This document shows, one piece after another, positions 41,698-52,576 of a stretch of DNA of 64,000 nucleotides (position 1 is its first letter; each line of letters opens with the position of its first letter). The position numbers were made by a program, and so were the translations under genes. The notes under the pieces are model-generated. The model was not told the origin of the DNA and did no database searches. It worked only from the letters and a program-made list of their open reading frames with translations. The DNA comes from Candidatus Sumerlaeaceae bacterium (GTDB taxonomy: Bacteria; Sumerlaeota; Sumerlaeia; Sumerlaeales; Sumerlaeaceae). The DNA is taken from contig JBMFRB010000002.1 of assembly GCA_049968255.1 (NCBI GenBank), forward strand, positions 352,001-416,000, in the 5' to 3' direction.

Positions 41698-42915
41698 ATG
41701 GCCAGCAAGCGTTTGTGCGCGCGCAAACATCGGTTCAGCAGGTTTCAGCGGATGCAGATCGGAAGCGGGGGTATCATCTGGACGGTCTGGCTAGTGATCC
41801 TTTTTGTGCCGCACATGATCTTGGGGCAACAGGCTGCCAGCCGGCCGGCGATGAATCAGTCGTTTGGTGCATCGTCGTCGGCGCCGGAGGAATACGAGCT
41901 GCGACTCAACGGAATTGAACCTACGCCGGAAAACTGCCTGCACCTGCTGAAAGAAGGTTTACCAGCCACTGTTGATCCTCAGAAATTGCCCGACACTCCG
42001 CCGGAAAAAACACAACTCGCGGTAGACGCGATGGCAATACTGGCAAAGTCTCGTTATCGGGCCAGTGCCGAGACGCTCCTTTCAATCGCGCGGCAGGATT
42101 TTCCAAAAGGAGTTCAGTTTTTGCTAAACTTTGACCTTGCGGCCACTGCGCCGGAGAACAGAGAACTTTTTCGGGCACGCGCATCGGAAATTCTCCAGTA
42201 CAATGCCATCAATGCGTTGGGGCTGCTGGGGGAGACGCGGGCACTTCCAATTGCGCGATCGGTCTACGAGCATGAGGGTCGAATTGCCCCCAAAATCCAA
42301 TATGCTCTCACGCTCGCAAGCTTGGGCGATGCGTCAGGGATGGACGTGCTTATCCAGGTCATATCACAGCAAAATCGCCGGGAAAGTGTCGCCGCTGCAA
42401 AAGCGTTCGCTTTGATTACTGGTCTAGATTTCGGCTACACAGATCAAACCCCCATCAAGAAACGCAAGGATATTGCGCGCAAATATCAGGAATGGTGGCG
42501 CACAAATAAAGCCACGTTTCAGCCGGATCCGAAAGCGGTGTTGGCACGCCGTCTGGCGCCGGAGAAAAAGATAGATTTTCAGCCTCGTACCACGCGAGAC
42601 CTTGTGAAACTGTCGAGCATGTATTTTGACATGGAAAACAAACCGCGAGTGATCGAGGCTCGTGAGCGCCTCGCCGCGTCAGGTGCAATGATCAATGGCG
42701 ACCTTGAAAAACTCATGTTCGACGAAATGGAGGATCTAAACATTCGGCTGGAAGCGATGAACTGGTATTATGAAATCAACCGTGGGCGCGCAAAGGAGGT
42801 TTTCAAGCGCCTGCGCCGCGATGCAAACCCAGAAATTGCTGACAAAGCGTCGGTGCTCTTGCAGAAGATTGCAAACCCCGAAACAGGCGAACTCATGATT
42901 CCTAACGCACGGTGA
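41698..42915 (+). CDS. Exported HEAT-repeat protein; start uncertain
   Basis: Signal-like segment followed by AINALGLLGETRALP, ALTLASLGD, LITGLDFG...WW. Confidence 0.7.
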   Translation: MASKRLCARKHRFSRFQRMQIGSGGIIWTVWLVILFVPHMILGQQAASRPAMNQSFGASSSAPEEYELRLNGIEPTPENCLHLLKEGLPATVDPQKLPDTPPEKTQLAVDAMAILAKSRYRASAETLLSIARQDFPKGVQFLLNFDLAATAPENRELFRARASEILQYNAINALGLLGETRALPIARSVYEHEGRIAPKIQYALTLASLGDASGMDVLIQVISQQNRRESVAAAKAFALITGLDFGYTDQTPIKKRKDIARKYQEWWRTNKATFQPDPKAVLARRLAPEKKIDFQPRTTRDLVKLSSMYFDMENKPRVIEARERLAASGAMINGDLEKLMFDEMEDLNIRLEAMNWYYEINRGRAKEVFKRLRRDANPEIADKASVLLQKIANPETGELMIPNAR

Positions 42916-42936
42916 GAAAATCCTTTGTTTAGGAGA

Positions 42937-44457
42937 ATGCCGCGAAAACATTCCGAGGGCGAAGTGCGCCCCGATGCCATTGTTCTGGCGAACCTTCCGC
43001 TCCGCGATCTGACACTCGCAGGAGCGCTCCTGGCCTTGTCAGCGGTTGGGTTTGTTCTCGGTCTCGCGGGGTCAGCAGTTCTCCCCGTACGCTACGCGCC
43101 GCTCTCAGCTTATTTGCCTGTTGCTGGCGCTCTAGCGGGTGCTAGTGCACTTGTCATTGCCCTGCGCCCCAAGTGGGTTTTCTACGGATTCGTATTCTTC
43201 TGTGTGTTTAGTTACGAAACACTTGAAGAAGTGTACGTTCCTCTTGGCTTCCTGAAGCTTTACATTCAAGACGTGGTCTTGGTGTTCAATCTCGCCTACG
43301 TCGCGCTTCGACTGATTTTTGCTAAAGTACAGCACCGCAAGGTCGCGCTGAACAAATTCGTGATTCTCTACTTCGTACTCGGCATTTTTTCGACAGCCAA
43401 TGGCCTCTTGTTATCGCAAAATCCTTACGATAGAGTGTTTGGCGATTTCCGCCGCGCGTTCGTATACTTTTTGAATTATTTTTTTGTCCTCTATTTGATA
43501 GACAATGAGCGCGAGCGTGTGTTTTTCCGCAATTTGCTCGTGGCGGCATGCGGAGCCCTGATCGGAAAAGGCATCTTTCAGATTTTAACAGGGCAGTTTT
43601 ACTATCGGCGTATGGGCGACGCCGCTCACATTCTTAGCCACATCGAACTGACCTTCCTTTCTTTTGGTGTTTTTTATGCAGTGGCGCACCTGTTTTTTGA
43701 GGGAAACAGCAAGCCGTGGTTACTCGCTTATGCATTTTTGGGTACTATCGTTACTGTAATCGGGAACTATCGTGCATCTTGGCTCGGCTTTGCCGGTGGT
43801 CTTTTCCTCATCTTTCTCTTTCTGCCTGCTCGGCGGAGAGCCCAGCTCACGCTTGTTGTGGCCGGACTACTTGTATTGGCAGCTTTGAGCATCTACGCGT
43901 TGTGGGACGTGGAGGTACTTCAGAGTTCGACGCTCGGCCAGGAAATTTCTGCAAAAGCCGATTTCCGCAATGCGCCCCTAGACGTCAATGTGATTTGGCG
44001 CTTCGATTCTTATCGTGCGGCGATGGAGTATTGGCGTCAGCGCCCGTGGCTAGGTTGTGGGCTCGGAACAATCGTGGACTTCGCCACCATTACTACCCGA
44101 GGAACTCCTTACCTCGCGCTCGATCACCGCGTGCACAACAGCTTCATTTGGTTGTGGATGACACAGGGCATTCTTGGGTTCCCTATCGCCATGCTCCTGC
44201 ACATCGCGTTTCTTGTTATTTCGCTTCGATATGTGAGGCAGACGACGTGGTTGGAGGGTAAAACGACGGTCCTCGCATGTGCTGCGTATGGTGTTTCGAT
44301 GCTGATTTCGACCGCTTTTGAACACTTTCTTGAGACTGGACCAACAATCACGGTCTACAGTGCAGTTATTGGTTTAGCCATACTGACTATTCACGCACGA
44401 CCACCGCGAGAGGAAACGGCCAACAGCGAATCAGAACGCCTGTCAGCACGCTTGTGA
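42937..44457 (+). CDS. O-antigen ligase (Wzy_C) family membrane protein
   Basis: Many TM segments; NYRASWLG, WRFDSY, RPWLGCGLG, VHNSFI, QGILG. Confidence 0.85.
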   Translation: MPRKHSEGEVRPDAIVLANLPLRDLTLAGALLALSAVGFVLGLAGSAVLPVRYAPLSAYLPVAGALAGASALVIALRPKWVFYGFVFFCVFSYETLEEVYVPLGFLKLYIQDVVLVFNLAYVALRLIFAKVQHRKVALNKFVILYFVLGIFSTANGLLLSQNPYDRVFGDFRRAFVYFLNYFFVLYLIDNERERVFFRNLLVAACGALIGKGIFQILTGQFYYRRMGDAAHILSHIELTFLSFGVFYAVAHLFFEGNSKPWLLAYAFLGTIVTVIGNYRASWLGFAGGLFLIFLFLPARRRAQLTLVVAGLLVLAALSIYALWDVEVLQSSTLGQEISAKADFRNAPLDVNVIWRFDSYRAAMEYWRQRPWLGCGLGTIVDFATITTRGTPYLALDHRVHNSFIWLWMTQGILGFPIAMLLHIAFLVISLRYVRQTTWLEGKTTVLACAAYGVSMLISTAFEHFLETGPTITVYSAVIGLAILTIHARPPREETANSESERLSARL

Positions 44458-44460
44458 TGA

Positions 44461-45516
44461 TCAATCTCGCCCATCGAGTTCGTCTATCGCTTGAAGCAAA
44501 GCAGCAACGTCGTCTCCAGTGCCAACGGTTATGCGGACGCCATCGCGCAGAGCCCGTGCATCAAAATACCTCACCAAAATTTTGCGTTCCTTAAGCCTTT
44601 GATAAAGCTCTCGCGCATCCGACCGCCGCGCAAAGACGAAATTTCCCGCAGAAGGTGGCACAATAAAGCCCCGTTCGCGAAGCTCCGCGGCCAGGTGCTC
44701 CCGAGTCGTGCAAATTCGTTTCACAATGTCAGCATAAAAACTTGGCGATTCCCATGCTGCTAAAGCGGCAGCCTGACTGATGCGATTCACGTTGTAGCTG
44801 TCCTTGAGCTTGGCTAGCTGACCAATGAGCTCTGAGTTAGCGATAACAAATCCCACACGCAGCCCAGCAAGCGCATAGCATTTTGAGAAGGTGCGAGTAA
44901 TAGCGACGTTGGGGTAGCGGTCAACGAGCCGAATTGCTGTGCAGCCAGCAAAATCGGCGTAAGCCTCGTCAACGACGACAAGGCGCTCTGGTTGCACTCT
45001 AACGAGCTCCTCAAGGACATCAATCGAGTACAGCGTACCCATTGGCGGATTTGGGTTTGCTACAAAGAGGATCTGTGAAACGGTGGTAAAAGCATCCTCT
45101 GGGATTGCATAATCAGGTGGCCGGACATCAAACTCGATGCAACGAGCTCCGAACATGGCCGCAAGCGTGCGATAGAGCACGTAGGTTGGATAGAGCATCG
45201 CCATTGCTTGACCTGGCCACAGGAGCGCGTGACAAATCAATCGCAGCACCTCGTCCGAACCATTTCCCACGAGGACACAGTTCGGTGAAACCTCAAGTCG
45301 TGTGGCAATCGCCTTACGCAACTCTATGGAAGCAGGGTCCGGATACTTATTCAGTGTGCCGTCTGCCAGACAGCGCATGATAGTCTCGGCAACAGCCGGC
45401 GCCGGCAGATACGGGCACTCGTTCGTGTTCAATTTGACATATTTGCCGTCGCGCGGTTGTTCACCTGGCACATAGGCTTCAAGCGAATTGAGAATGCTGT
45501 TGAAACGCATTGGCAT
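44461..45516 (-). CDS. hisC: Histidinol-phosphate aminotransferase
   Basis: YVPGEQ, KLNTNE, GNGSDE, NPNPP, DEAYADF, RTFSK, AGLRVG. Confidence 0.95.
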   Translation of the reverse strand: MPMRFNSILNSLEAYVPGEQPRDGKYVKLNTNECPYLPAPAVAETIMRCLADGTLNKYPDPASIELRKAIATRLEVSPNCVLVGNGSDEVLRLICHALLWPGQAMAMLYPTYVLYRTLAAMFGARCIEFDVRPPDYAIPEDAFTTVSQILFVANPNPPMGTLYSIDVLEELVRVQPERLVVVDEAYADFAGCTAIRLVDRYPNVAITRTFSKCYALAGLRVGFVIANSELIGQLAKLKDSYNVNRISQAAALAAWESPSFYADIVKRICTTREHLAAELRERGFIVPPSAGNFVFARRSDARELYQRLKERKILVRYFDARALRDGVRITVGTGDDVAALLQAIDELDGRD

Positions 45517-45653
45517 AAGCGGCTCCGATCGGTCTAACGCTTGATGAACATTCGGAAAAAGCTCGTGAGCAAACACTTTTTTGGCATTCTCTTTGCGCTC
45601 TAACGAAGATCGAATATTTATTCCATCAAGGACTGATTCGAGCAGGAAAAAGA

Positions 45654-48635
45654 ATGCATACGTCTAACCAAGGAAAAACACCGCACGGCGGCACTGCTTT
45701 TATTTTCCTAACTGTGAGCGTTTTATTTCTCATGACGGGTGCCTGTGGGCTGATTTACCAAGTGGCCTGGCAGCGCTACCTGCTGAACCTGTTTGGAGCG
45801 ACTCTATACTCTGTTAGCACTGTTCTGGCCGCGTTCATGGGAGGGTTGGCACTTGGGAGCATCCTTTTTGGAAGTTTAGCTGAAAAAACAAAGCACCCGC
45901 TGCGGCTCTATGGAGCCTTAGAGATCGGAGTAGGTTTTGCGGCTCTAGCTGTGCCATTGCTTTTGAAACTGCTCGATCCCTTATTCGTGGCAATCTACCG
46001 GCAATGGGGAGCTAACTTTTTTGCTTATTCGCTGATTCGCTTCGTGCTCGTATTCTGCATTCTGCTCATCCCGACGACGATGATGGGTGGCACACTGCCA
46101 CTTCTTTCAAAATTTGTGGCTCCGCACGGGAGGCGCTCTGGCATGCGTGTTGGCGCGCTCTACGCATTAAACACTTTTGGTGCAGTTGTCGGCACCGTCC
46201 TTTGCGGCTTCTATCTCATACGTTCACTCGGGGTTTCGAAAACAATCGAGATTGCGGCTCTGCTCAATGTGCTCGCTGGTCTAGGTGCGCTAGGAATTTC
46301 GATCCGGGCCCAAAACTTGGAAGACACAGAAGACGCGAGCAGCGCTCACGAATCCCCACCGGCAGAGGAGCTGCCAGAGACCTTGCAGACGGTCCGTCGG
46401 CGCCGCCTGGTTCTCATCGCCTATTTTATCTCGGGTTTTGCCGCCCTTGGCCTCGAAGTTGTTTGGAGCCGTGCGCTCGTCTTCACTTTTGAGCTGCTCA
46501 AAAACACGACATACAGTTTCACGGCGATGCTCGCAGTCTTTCTTGTGGGCATCGCATTAGGAAGTTTTTCAGCGACGCCTCTCGTTGAGCGGGATAAGAG
46601 ACCTTGGCGGACTTTCGCTTTGTTGCAAATTCTCGTCGGCCTGGCTTCTGCGATCTCGTTTTTTGTGCTTCACGAGCTGTGTTATTCCCTTGGCGCTACC
46701 TGGGTTCAGCTTGTTGACGCGGAAACGGGCGCTGTTCGTTGGACGCAGACGCTTGCCCTCGTTTTTCTTCGAAGTGCCGTTGTGGTTTTGCCGCCGACAT
46801 TCTTGATGGGACTCGCATTTCCCTACGCCGTTCGTTGCGTGATGCTCTTTTCCCCCCGCAGCGAAACAGGGAGGAATGTGGGACGCCTTTACGCAGTTAA
46901 CACGCTTGGCGCAATCTTGGGCTCATTCCTCACGGGGTTTTTCTTGTTGCCAGTGTTGGGGATAGCTCATACGATTTGGCTGTTCGGTGCAGCTCAGGCA
47001 GCCACAGGGCTTTTTTTGGTATGGCACGACGAGGTCGCAGAGCGTTCGCGCCGGCTTATCTGGGCCATTCTTGCAGTGGCCGCGATCGCGATTACGTTTG
47101 TTCGCATTCCGTCGCCCACTGTATTTCAGCCTTTGGAACCACTTGAAAAACTTCTCTTCTACAAAGAGGGGCCCCTAGCAACGGTCGCCGTCACTGAAAA
47201 TAGTCTTGGTTACCGCACGATTTTTGTAGATAACGTCGGAGTAGCAGGGACTGAGCCCATGTTGCTCACGGACCAGAAAAGCCTTGCTCATGTGCCCATG
47301 CTCCTTCTCGACAAGCCAAAATCTGCACTCACCGTCGGCTTCGGCAGTGGTGGCGCTAGCTACTCGTATACTCTGCACCCAGAGCTTGAGCGCATTGATT
47401 GCGTGGAAATCACTGAGACAGTCGTTGAGGCGGCCCCTACATTGGTAGCGTCAAATCACGATGTTGTGATGTACGCACCTGAATATAAGAAACGGACCGG
47501 TCACGCACCCGTCGGCCCCCCACTTTGGAACGATGGCGGTCGTAGCGGCTGGTACAAAAGCGATCCGCGTTACAGAATCATCCTCGACGACGTGCGAAGC
47601 TACCTGCATTTCACCGACACAAAGTACGATATTATTGCCACCGATTGCACGGACCTCCGTTACAAATCAAACGCTAACCTTTACGATCTCGAGTATTTTC
47701 TGCTTACGCGGCAGAAGATCACAGACAACGGGATGGTGGTTGTCTGGATGCCATTGGCCGGATTGAGCGATGAAGCGTTCCGAGTTGCCCTTCGCACATT
47801 TTATCGAGTTTTTCCGAAAATGGAAGTGTTTTACATGAATAACGAGCCCACGCATTATATCCTGCTGATCGGCACAAAGCGCCCCCTCCACGTCGACGTG
47901 GCTCATATGAGGCAAAAGCTGGCAAATCCACGCATTCGGGAAGATCTAGCCGAACTTCACCTCGATTCGGCAGAAAAGATTCTCTCGTGTTTCGTGTGCG
48001 GAAGAGAGGCGCTCAGAACCTATCTATCGGGAGATCTTCTCAACACCGAGGATTTCCCCTATCTGGAATTTGAGTCGCCGCGATTCGGTTACGGCGACGC
48101 ACCGTTGCTGGCAAATCTCGATTCTCTTTGGAAAGTACGCGAGCATCCCGTCAAACTCATCGAGCCAAGTTCACTCGATTCGCTAACGAGTCAGCGCCTG
48201 GCCCTGTACTACGCCGCAGCGCCAGACATTATCGAGGGTCACAAACATTATCGACGCGTGGAGGTGCTTGATGCTGCGCGGTACTGGCTTCGAGCACTTG
48301 AGAAAAACCCATACGACGCCGCAGTGAAAAATCTTCTAGTGTTCGACGAACTACGTCGAAAAGTCAAAGGCCAACCAGAAAACCTGTGGGCAAAGCTCAC
48401 GCTTGCAGATGTCCTCATTCTCCAGAGCAAGGATGTGGAGGCGGCCACCCTGCTCAGCGATATTGTGCGTATGGCGTCGAGCAAACCTGACCTCGGTGGT
48501 GCATCCGAATTTTACAAACTGGCGTGTGAGCGCCTTGCGAAACTGTACGAACGGCGAGGAAACCAGCAGGAAGCAGCACGTTACCGTGCAAAGGCACTGC
48601 AGGGACTCAGTGCTATGAGTGCAGGAAACAATTGA
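45654..48635 (+). CDS. Fused membrane (MFS-like) / spermidine-synthase-like methyltransferase-fold protein with C-terminal TPR-like helices
   Basis: GLIYQVAW, AFMGGLALG, MGGTLP, LYALNTFG; VGFGSG, DCVEI, YDIIATD; helical tail. Confidence 0.85.
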   Translation: MHTSNQGKTPHGGTAFIFLTVSVLFLMTGACGLIYQVAWQRYLLNLFGATLYSVSTVLAAFMGGLALGSILFGSLAEKTKHPLRLYGALEIGVGFAALAVPLLLKLLDPLFVAIYRQWGANFFAYSLIRFVLVFCILLIPTTMMGGTLPLLSKFVAPHGRRSGMRVGALYALNTFGAVVGTVLCGFYLIRSLGVSKTIEIAALLNVLAGLGALGISIRAQNLEDTEDASSAHESPPAEELPETLQTVRRRRLVLIAYFISGFAALGLEVVWSRALVFTFELLKNTTYSFTAMLAVFLVGIALGSFSATPLVERDKRPWRTFALLQILVGLASAISFFVLHELCYSLGATWVQLVDAETGAVRWTQTLALVFLRSAVVVLPPTFLMGLAFPYAVRCVMLFSPRSETGRNVGRLYAVNTLGAILGSFLTGFFLLPVLGIAHTIWLFGAAQAATGLFLVWHDEVAERSRRLIWAILAVAAIAITFVRIPSPTVFQPLEPLEKLLFYKEGPLATVAVTENSLGYRTIFVDNVGVAGTEPMLLTDQKSLAHVPMLLLDKPKSALTVGFGSGGASYSYTLHPELERIDCVEITETVVEAAPTLVASNHDVVMYAPEYKKRTGHAPVGPPLWNDGGRSGWYKSDPRYRIILDDVRSYLHFTDTKYDIIATDCTDLRYKSNANLYDLEYFLLTRQKITDNGMVVVWMPLAGLSDEAFRVALRTFYRVFPKMEVFYMNNEPTHYILLIGTKRPLHVDVAHMRQKLANPRIREDLAELHLDSAEKILSCFVCGREALRTYLSGDLLNTEDFPYLEFESPRFGYGDAPLLANLDSLWKVREHPVKLIEPSSLDSLTSQRLALYYAAAPDIIEGHKHYRRVEVLDAARYWLRALEKNPYDAAVKNLLVFDELRRKVKGQPENLWAKLTLADVLILQSKDVEAATLLSDIVRMASSKPDLGGASEFYKLACERLAKLYERRGNQQEAARYRAKALQGLSAMSAGNN

Positions 48636-49723
48636 TGAAAGTAACATTTTCCGTCGCATTGCTTTTCCTTGTCGCAGCTTTCGCGTTTTTGCAGGCACCA
48701 GGGGAGGCTGCACCCCGCGCGAATGAACCCACTCCCCAACTTGTTATCGACGCGCATGTTGATCCAGGGTGGCGGATTCTTGATTTTCAACAAAGCCTCG
48801 CTGAGCCAGATGATGGTCAAGTCGGAATTCCCCAATGGCGGGCCGGTGGGCTTAACGTCGTTTGGGTGGCAATTTGGGTCGACCCACGCCGATACGCAGG
48901 ACCCGAAGCGCTGCGGCGAGCAGATGCACTCATTGATGCAGTCACGGCTGACATTAGCCGGAATAGCAAGGATCTTGTCCTGTGCCGAACTTCACGCGAA
49001 TGTCTGGCCGCGGCACAGCGCCGGAAGATTGCCATCCTGTTGGGGCTTGAAGGCGGCGAACCGCTGCTTAATTCGCCGGAAATGGTGGACTACTTTTGGC
49101 GCAAGGGAGTTCGGCGAATTACCTTAACCTGGCGCGGCGATATGGCCTGGGCTGGCTCGTCGCAGCAGTGGGATCAAACACCAGTGCGATCCCCAAAAGG
49201 GCTTTCGGATCTCGGCAGAAGAATCATCGAAAGAATGAACATGCGCGGCATAGTGGTTGATCTCTCTCACACTAGTGAACTCACTGCTCACCAAGCACTT
49301 GAGATCTCTCGCTACCCGTGCATTTTTTCCCACTCAAATTGCTCGGCACTTTGTCAGCATCCGCGAAATGTCAGCGACGACCTTCTCAAGCAATTGGCGG
49401 CAAACGGTGGTGTCATCGGCGTGAATTTCCACAGCAAATTTCTCGTGCGCCGCTCTCCTTTTTCTCTGCGAGCGGCAAGCATCGAGGACGTTGTGGAACA
49501 CATCGAGCACATTCGCAAAGTGGCAGGGATAGACCATGTCGGCATAGGGAGTGACTGGGACGGCGACATTCTGCCTGCGAGAGGTTTAGAAGATGCTTCA
49601 AAGCTTCCGTCATTGTGGCAAGCGCTGCGCAATCGCGGCTACTCTCCCGAGGACATCAGCAAAATTGCCGGGGGCAATTTTTTCCGTGTTCTGCAAGCAA
49701 ACGAAGCAGAATTGTCACGTTAG
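48635..49723 (+). CDS. Membrane dipeptidase (M19 family), exported
   Basis: Signal peptide; IDAHVD, GLEGG, VDLSH, SHSN, RNVSD, GSDWDG. Confidence 0.9.
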   Translation: MKVTFSVALLFLVAAFAFLQAPGEAAPRANEPTPQLVIDAHVDPGWRILDFQQSLAEPDDGQVGIPQWRAGGLNVVWVAIWVDPRRYAGPEALRRADALIDAVTADISRNSKDLVLCRTSRECLAAAQRRKIAILLGLEGGEPLLNSPEMVDYFWRKGVRRITLTWRGDMAWAGSSQQWDQTPVRSPKGLSDLGRRIIERMNMRGIVVDLSHTSELTAHQALEISRYPCIFSHSNCSALCQHPRNVSDDLLKQLAANGGVIGVNFHSKFLVRRSPFSLRAASIEDVVEHIEHIRKVAGIDHVGIGSDWDGDILPARGLEDASKLPSLWQALRNRGYSPEDISKIAGGNFFRVLQANEAELSR

Positions 49724-49780
49724 CTTATTAGCAAAAGACAAAATCAAGCAATGCGAATAAATTTGCGTGGTAGCAATACA

Positions 49781-49820
49781 TTGTGACAAATTTCACGGAC
49801 CACCTTGGTCCTATTAGAAT
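49781..49820 (+). promoter_or_regulatory. Rex/CRP-like operator overlapping the putative -35 of the nuo promoter
   Basis: TTGTGACAAATTTCACGG (49781-98); TTCACG (49792-97), 17 bp, TAGAAT (49815-20). Confidence 0.5.
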
Positions 49821-49941
49821 GAGAATCGGTCAGTGGGTGAGATATTTTTTTCTCTTGAGCCCGTCAGGCAGATTGACAGCTTGCCTGAAGCGGTCAGGTT
49901 GATATCTCTGCGTCGCTTGAAAAATACGAGTGTACTAAGAC

Positions 49942-50304
49942 ATGCTTGAACTTCTCGTTTACACGGTGATGGTTTTCGTGGTGGCGGCAGGAGCGATTGT
50001 CGCCAGTACGCTCCTCGGGCGGCCACGCCACACCCCTTACAAGGACACGCCTTACGAATCAGGCATTGCGCCAACAGGGCCAGCCCGGCTTCGCACGACA
50101 ATCCCCTATTATCTTGTCGCTCTGTGCTTCCTGATCTTCGACGTCGAAGTGGTTTTTCTCTATCCTTGGGCTATTCGCTTTTATGAGCTATCTTGGGAAG
50201 GCTTTGTAAAGGCTTTCATCTTCATCGCGTTCCTTTACGCAGGTCTTGTTTACGTCTGGATTCGCAAGGGGTTGGTATGGCAACGTCCTTCGAAAATAGT
50301 CTGA
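49942..50304 (+). CDS. nuoA: NADH-quinone oxidoreductase subunit A
   Basis: [20 protein letters not shown]. Confidence 0.95.
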   Translation: MLELLVYTVMVFVVAAGAIVASTLLGRPRHTPYKDTPYESGIAPTGPARLRTTIPYYLVALCFLIFDVEVVFLYPWAIRFYELSWEGFVKAFIFIAFLYAGLVYVWIRKGLVWQRPSKIV

Positions 50305-50822
50305 AGCAAAGCTTCGTTTTTGCCAAACTTTCCGACCTCGTGAATTGGGGACGGAAGTACTCCGTATGGCCTTTCAATTTTGGCCTAAGTTGCTGTTATG
50401 TCGAGATGACCACCAGTTTTACGTCGAAGTACGACGTATCGCGTTTTGGTGCGGAGGTGCTACGAGGCACGCCACGCGAGGCCGACCTTATGGTCATTGC
50501 TGGTACAGTGTTCAAGAAAATGGTTCCGAGCATTGTGCGCCTTTACGAGCAGCTCATGGAGCCGAAGTGGGTGATTTCGATGGGTGCGTGTGCCAATTCC
50601 GGAGGCATGTACGACATTTACAGCGTAGTCCAAGGAGTGGATACCATTCTTCCCGTTGACGTGTACATCCCTGGGTGTCCGCCTCGGCCAGAAGCCTTTC
50701 TTGAGGGACTTCTCATGCTTCAGGAAATTATTCAGCATTCGCACAAACGCCCGTTAGGGCTTGTTATAGAGGAGCAGGCTTTTTACCCGCGCGTTAGGGC
50801 TCTGCAGGAGGCGACTCGATGA
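50277..50822 (+). CDS. nuoB: NADH-quinone oxidoreductase subunit B
   Basis: [38 protein letters not shown]. Confidence 0.96.
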   Translation: MATSFENSLKQSFVFAKLSDLVNWGRKYSVWPFNFGLSCCYVEMTTSFTSKYDVSRFGAEVLRGTPREADLMVIAGTVFKKMVPSIVRLYEQLMEPKWVISMGACANSGGMYDIYSVVQGVDTILPVDVYIPGCPPRPEAFLEGLLMLQEIIQHSHKRPLGLVIEEQAFYPRVRALQEATR

Positions 50823-52576
50823 AATTTTCTAAAACCGTCGAAAAGCCTATCTGGGAAAGCGGACGCGACAACAACTTAAAAGGTTTTCGCGGTGTCCTTG
50901 GCGTAGAGCAAGTTCGGGTTGTCACGCCGGATGCCATTTTGGGCGAATTGAAAAGTCTCAAACAAGACGCGCTGCGCCCTTTTCCTGTTTTGTTCGACAT
51001 GACGGCAGTTGACGAAAGCGAACGGCAAAGCCGTCCCTCCGAATTGAGTGAGCGTTTTACCGTTCATTATCTCTTGTGGAGTCCTCAGCGCAACGAACGG
51101 CTTCTTCTCAAAGTGCCTGTTGCGGGGGCGAATCCGGAGCTCCCAAGTGCATGTCAGGTCTTCAAGAACGCCAACTGGTACGAGCGCGAAATCTTCGACA
51201 TGTTTGGGATTCGTTTCTCCGGCCATCCTAATCTGAAGCGGATCCTTATGCCCGACTGGTGGGAAGGTCATCCTCTCCGGAAAGATCATCCCAATCGAGC
51301 CACAGAGATGCCGCCGCTCGTTGTCACCCCCGAGGATTTGGCGGAACTCGATAAGTTCGACTACATGGGCAACGGCGACTCGTACTTCCGTACGCGAGGA
51401 CCGAATGGTGAAGATTTGATGATCCTCAATCTGGGTCCGAATCACCCAGGGACTCACGGTGTCTTGCGAGTGGTTTTAGCCTTGGATGGCGAGTACATGG
51501 AAGACGTTTATCCGGTGATCGGCTACCACCACCGCGCTGCAGAGAAGATGGCCGAACGCCAGACGTTCCACACTTACATTCCTTACTGCGACCGCGTGGA
51601 TTATCTGGCCGGTGTTTACAACGAATTGCCCTATGTGCTGGCATGTGAAAAGCTCGGTGGTGTCGATGTGCCGGAACGTGCACAGATGATCCGCGTGTTA
51701 TTGGGGGAAATGTATCGGCTTTGCAACCACCTCGTGTGGTTCGGCACGTACGCTCACGACGTGGGAGCGATGACGCCTGTCTTTTATACATTCCGCGAGC
51801 GTGAATCGCTTTTCAAAATCATTGAGTTTATCACTGGCGGGCGCATGCACCCGAACTATTTGCGCATCGGCGGCGTTTCCATGGATCTGCCGCCCGATTG
51901 GCAGGAGCCTATCCGGCTCTTTTTGAAAGATTTCGACAAGAATCTCATCGAGTACGAAAAGCTTTTCTTAAAAAATCCGATTTTCAAAACACGTACGCAA
52001 GGCGTGGGCAAAATGTCCGCAGAGGAATGCTGGGAGTGGGGAGTAACAGGCCCCAATCTGCGTGCCAGTGGGGTGGCTTTCGATTTGCGAAAGGCGGCAC
52101 CGTATTCGGGTTACGAGCGGTTCGAGTTTGAGATCCCCACTCACACAGATGGGGATTGTTATGCGCGTGGAATTGTGCGGCATGCGGAAATGTACCAGAG
52201 CGCGCGCATCATCGCCCAGGTGCTCGACCAAATGCCGGACGGCGATTATATCTCGAAAGACAACCGCTTCGCTTTCCCGCCCAACAAGGCGGAAACGATG
52301 CTGCACATCGAAACTCTCATCAACCATTTCCTTGCGGTGGGGTGGGGACTCGATATGCCAGTGGGCGAAAGCCTGGCTATGGTTGAGCAGCCCAAAGGCA
52401 TCGCTGGTTACTACGTCGTCAGCGATGGGCGAAGCTCGCCTTACCGTTTGCGGATTCGCACACCGAGCTTTGCTCACATGCAGACGCTACCGGCACTCGC
52501 TCGTGGACACTTACTCAGCGACCTTCTGGCTATTATCGGTGCGATGGATTACGTTCTAGCGGATATCGATAGGTGA
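50819..52576 (+). CDS. nuoC: NADH-quinone oxidoreductase fused subunit C/D
   Basis: NuoC part [15 protein letters not shown] fused to NuoD part [24 protein letters not shown]. Confidence 0.96.
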   Translation: MKFSKTVEKPIWESGRDNNLKGFRGVLGVEQVRVVTPDAILGELKSLKQDALRPFPVLFDMTAVDESERQSRPSELSERFTVHYLLWSPQRNERLLLKVPVAGANPELPSACQVFKNANWYEREIFDMFGIRFSGHPNLKRILMPDWWEGHPLRKDHPNRATEMPPLVVTPEDLAELDKFDYMGNGDSYFRTRGPNGEDLMILNLGPNHPGTHGVLRVVLALDGEYMEDVYPVIGYHHRAAEKMAERQTFHTYIPYCDRVDYLAGVYNELPYVLACEKLGGVDVPERAQMIRVLLGEMYRLCNHLVWFGTYAHDVGAMTPVFYTFRERESLFKIIEFITGGRMHPNYLRIGGVSMDLPPDWQEPIRLFLKDFDKNLIEYEKLFLKNPIFKTRTQGVGKMSAEECWEWGVTGPNLRASGVAFDLRKAAPYSGYERFEFEIPTHTDGDCYARGIVRHAEMYQSARIIAQVLDQMPDGDYISKDNRFAFPPNKAETMLHIETLINHFLAVGWGLDMPVGESLAMVEQPKGIAGYYVVSDGRSSPYRLRIRTPSFAHMQTLPALARGHLLSDLLAIIGAMDYVLADIDR

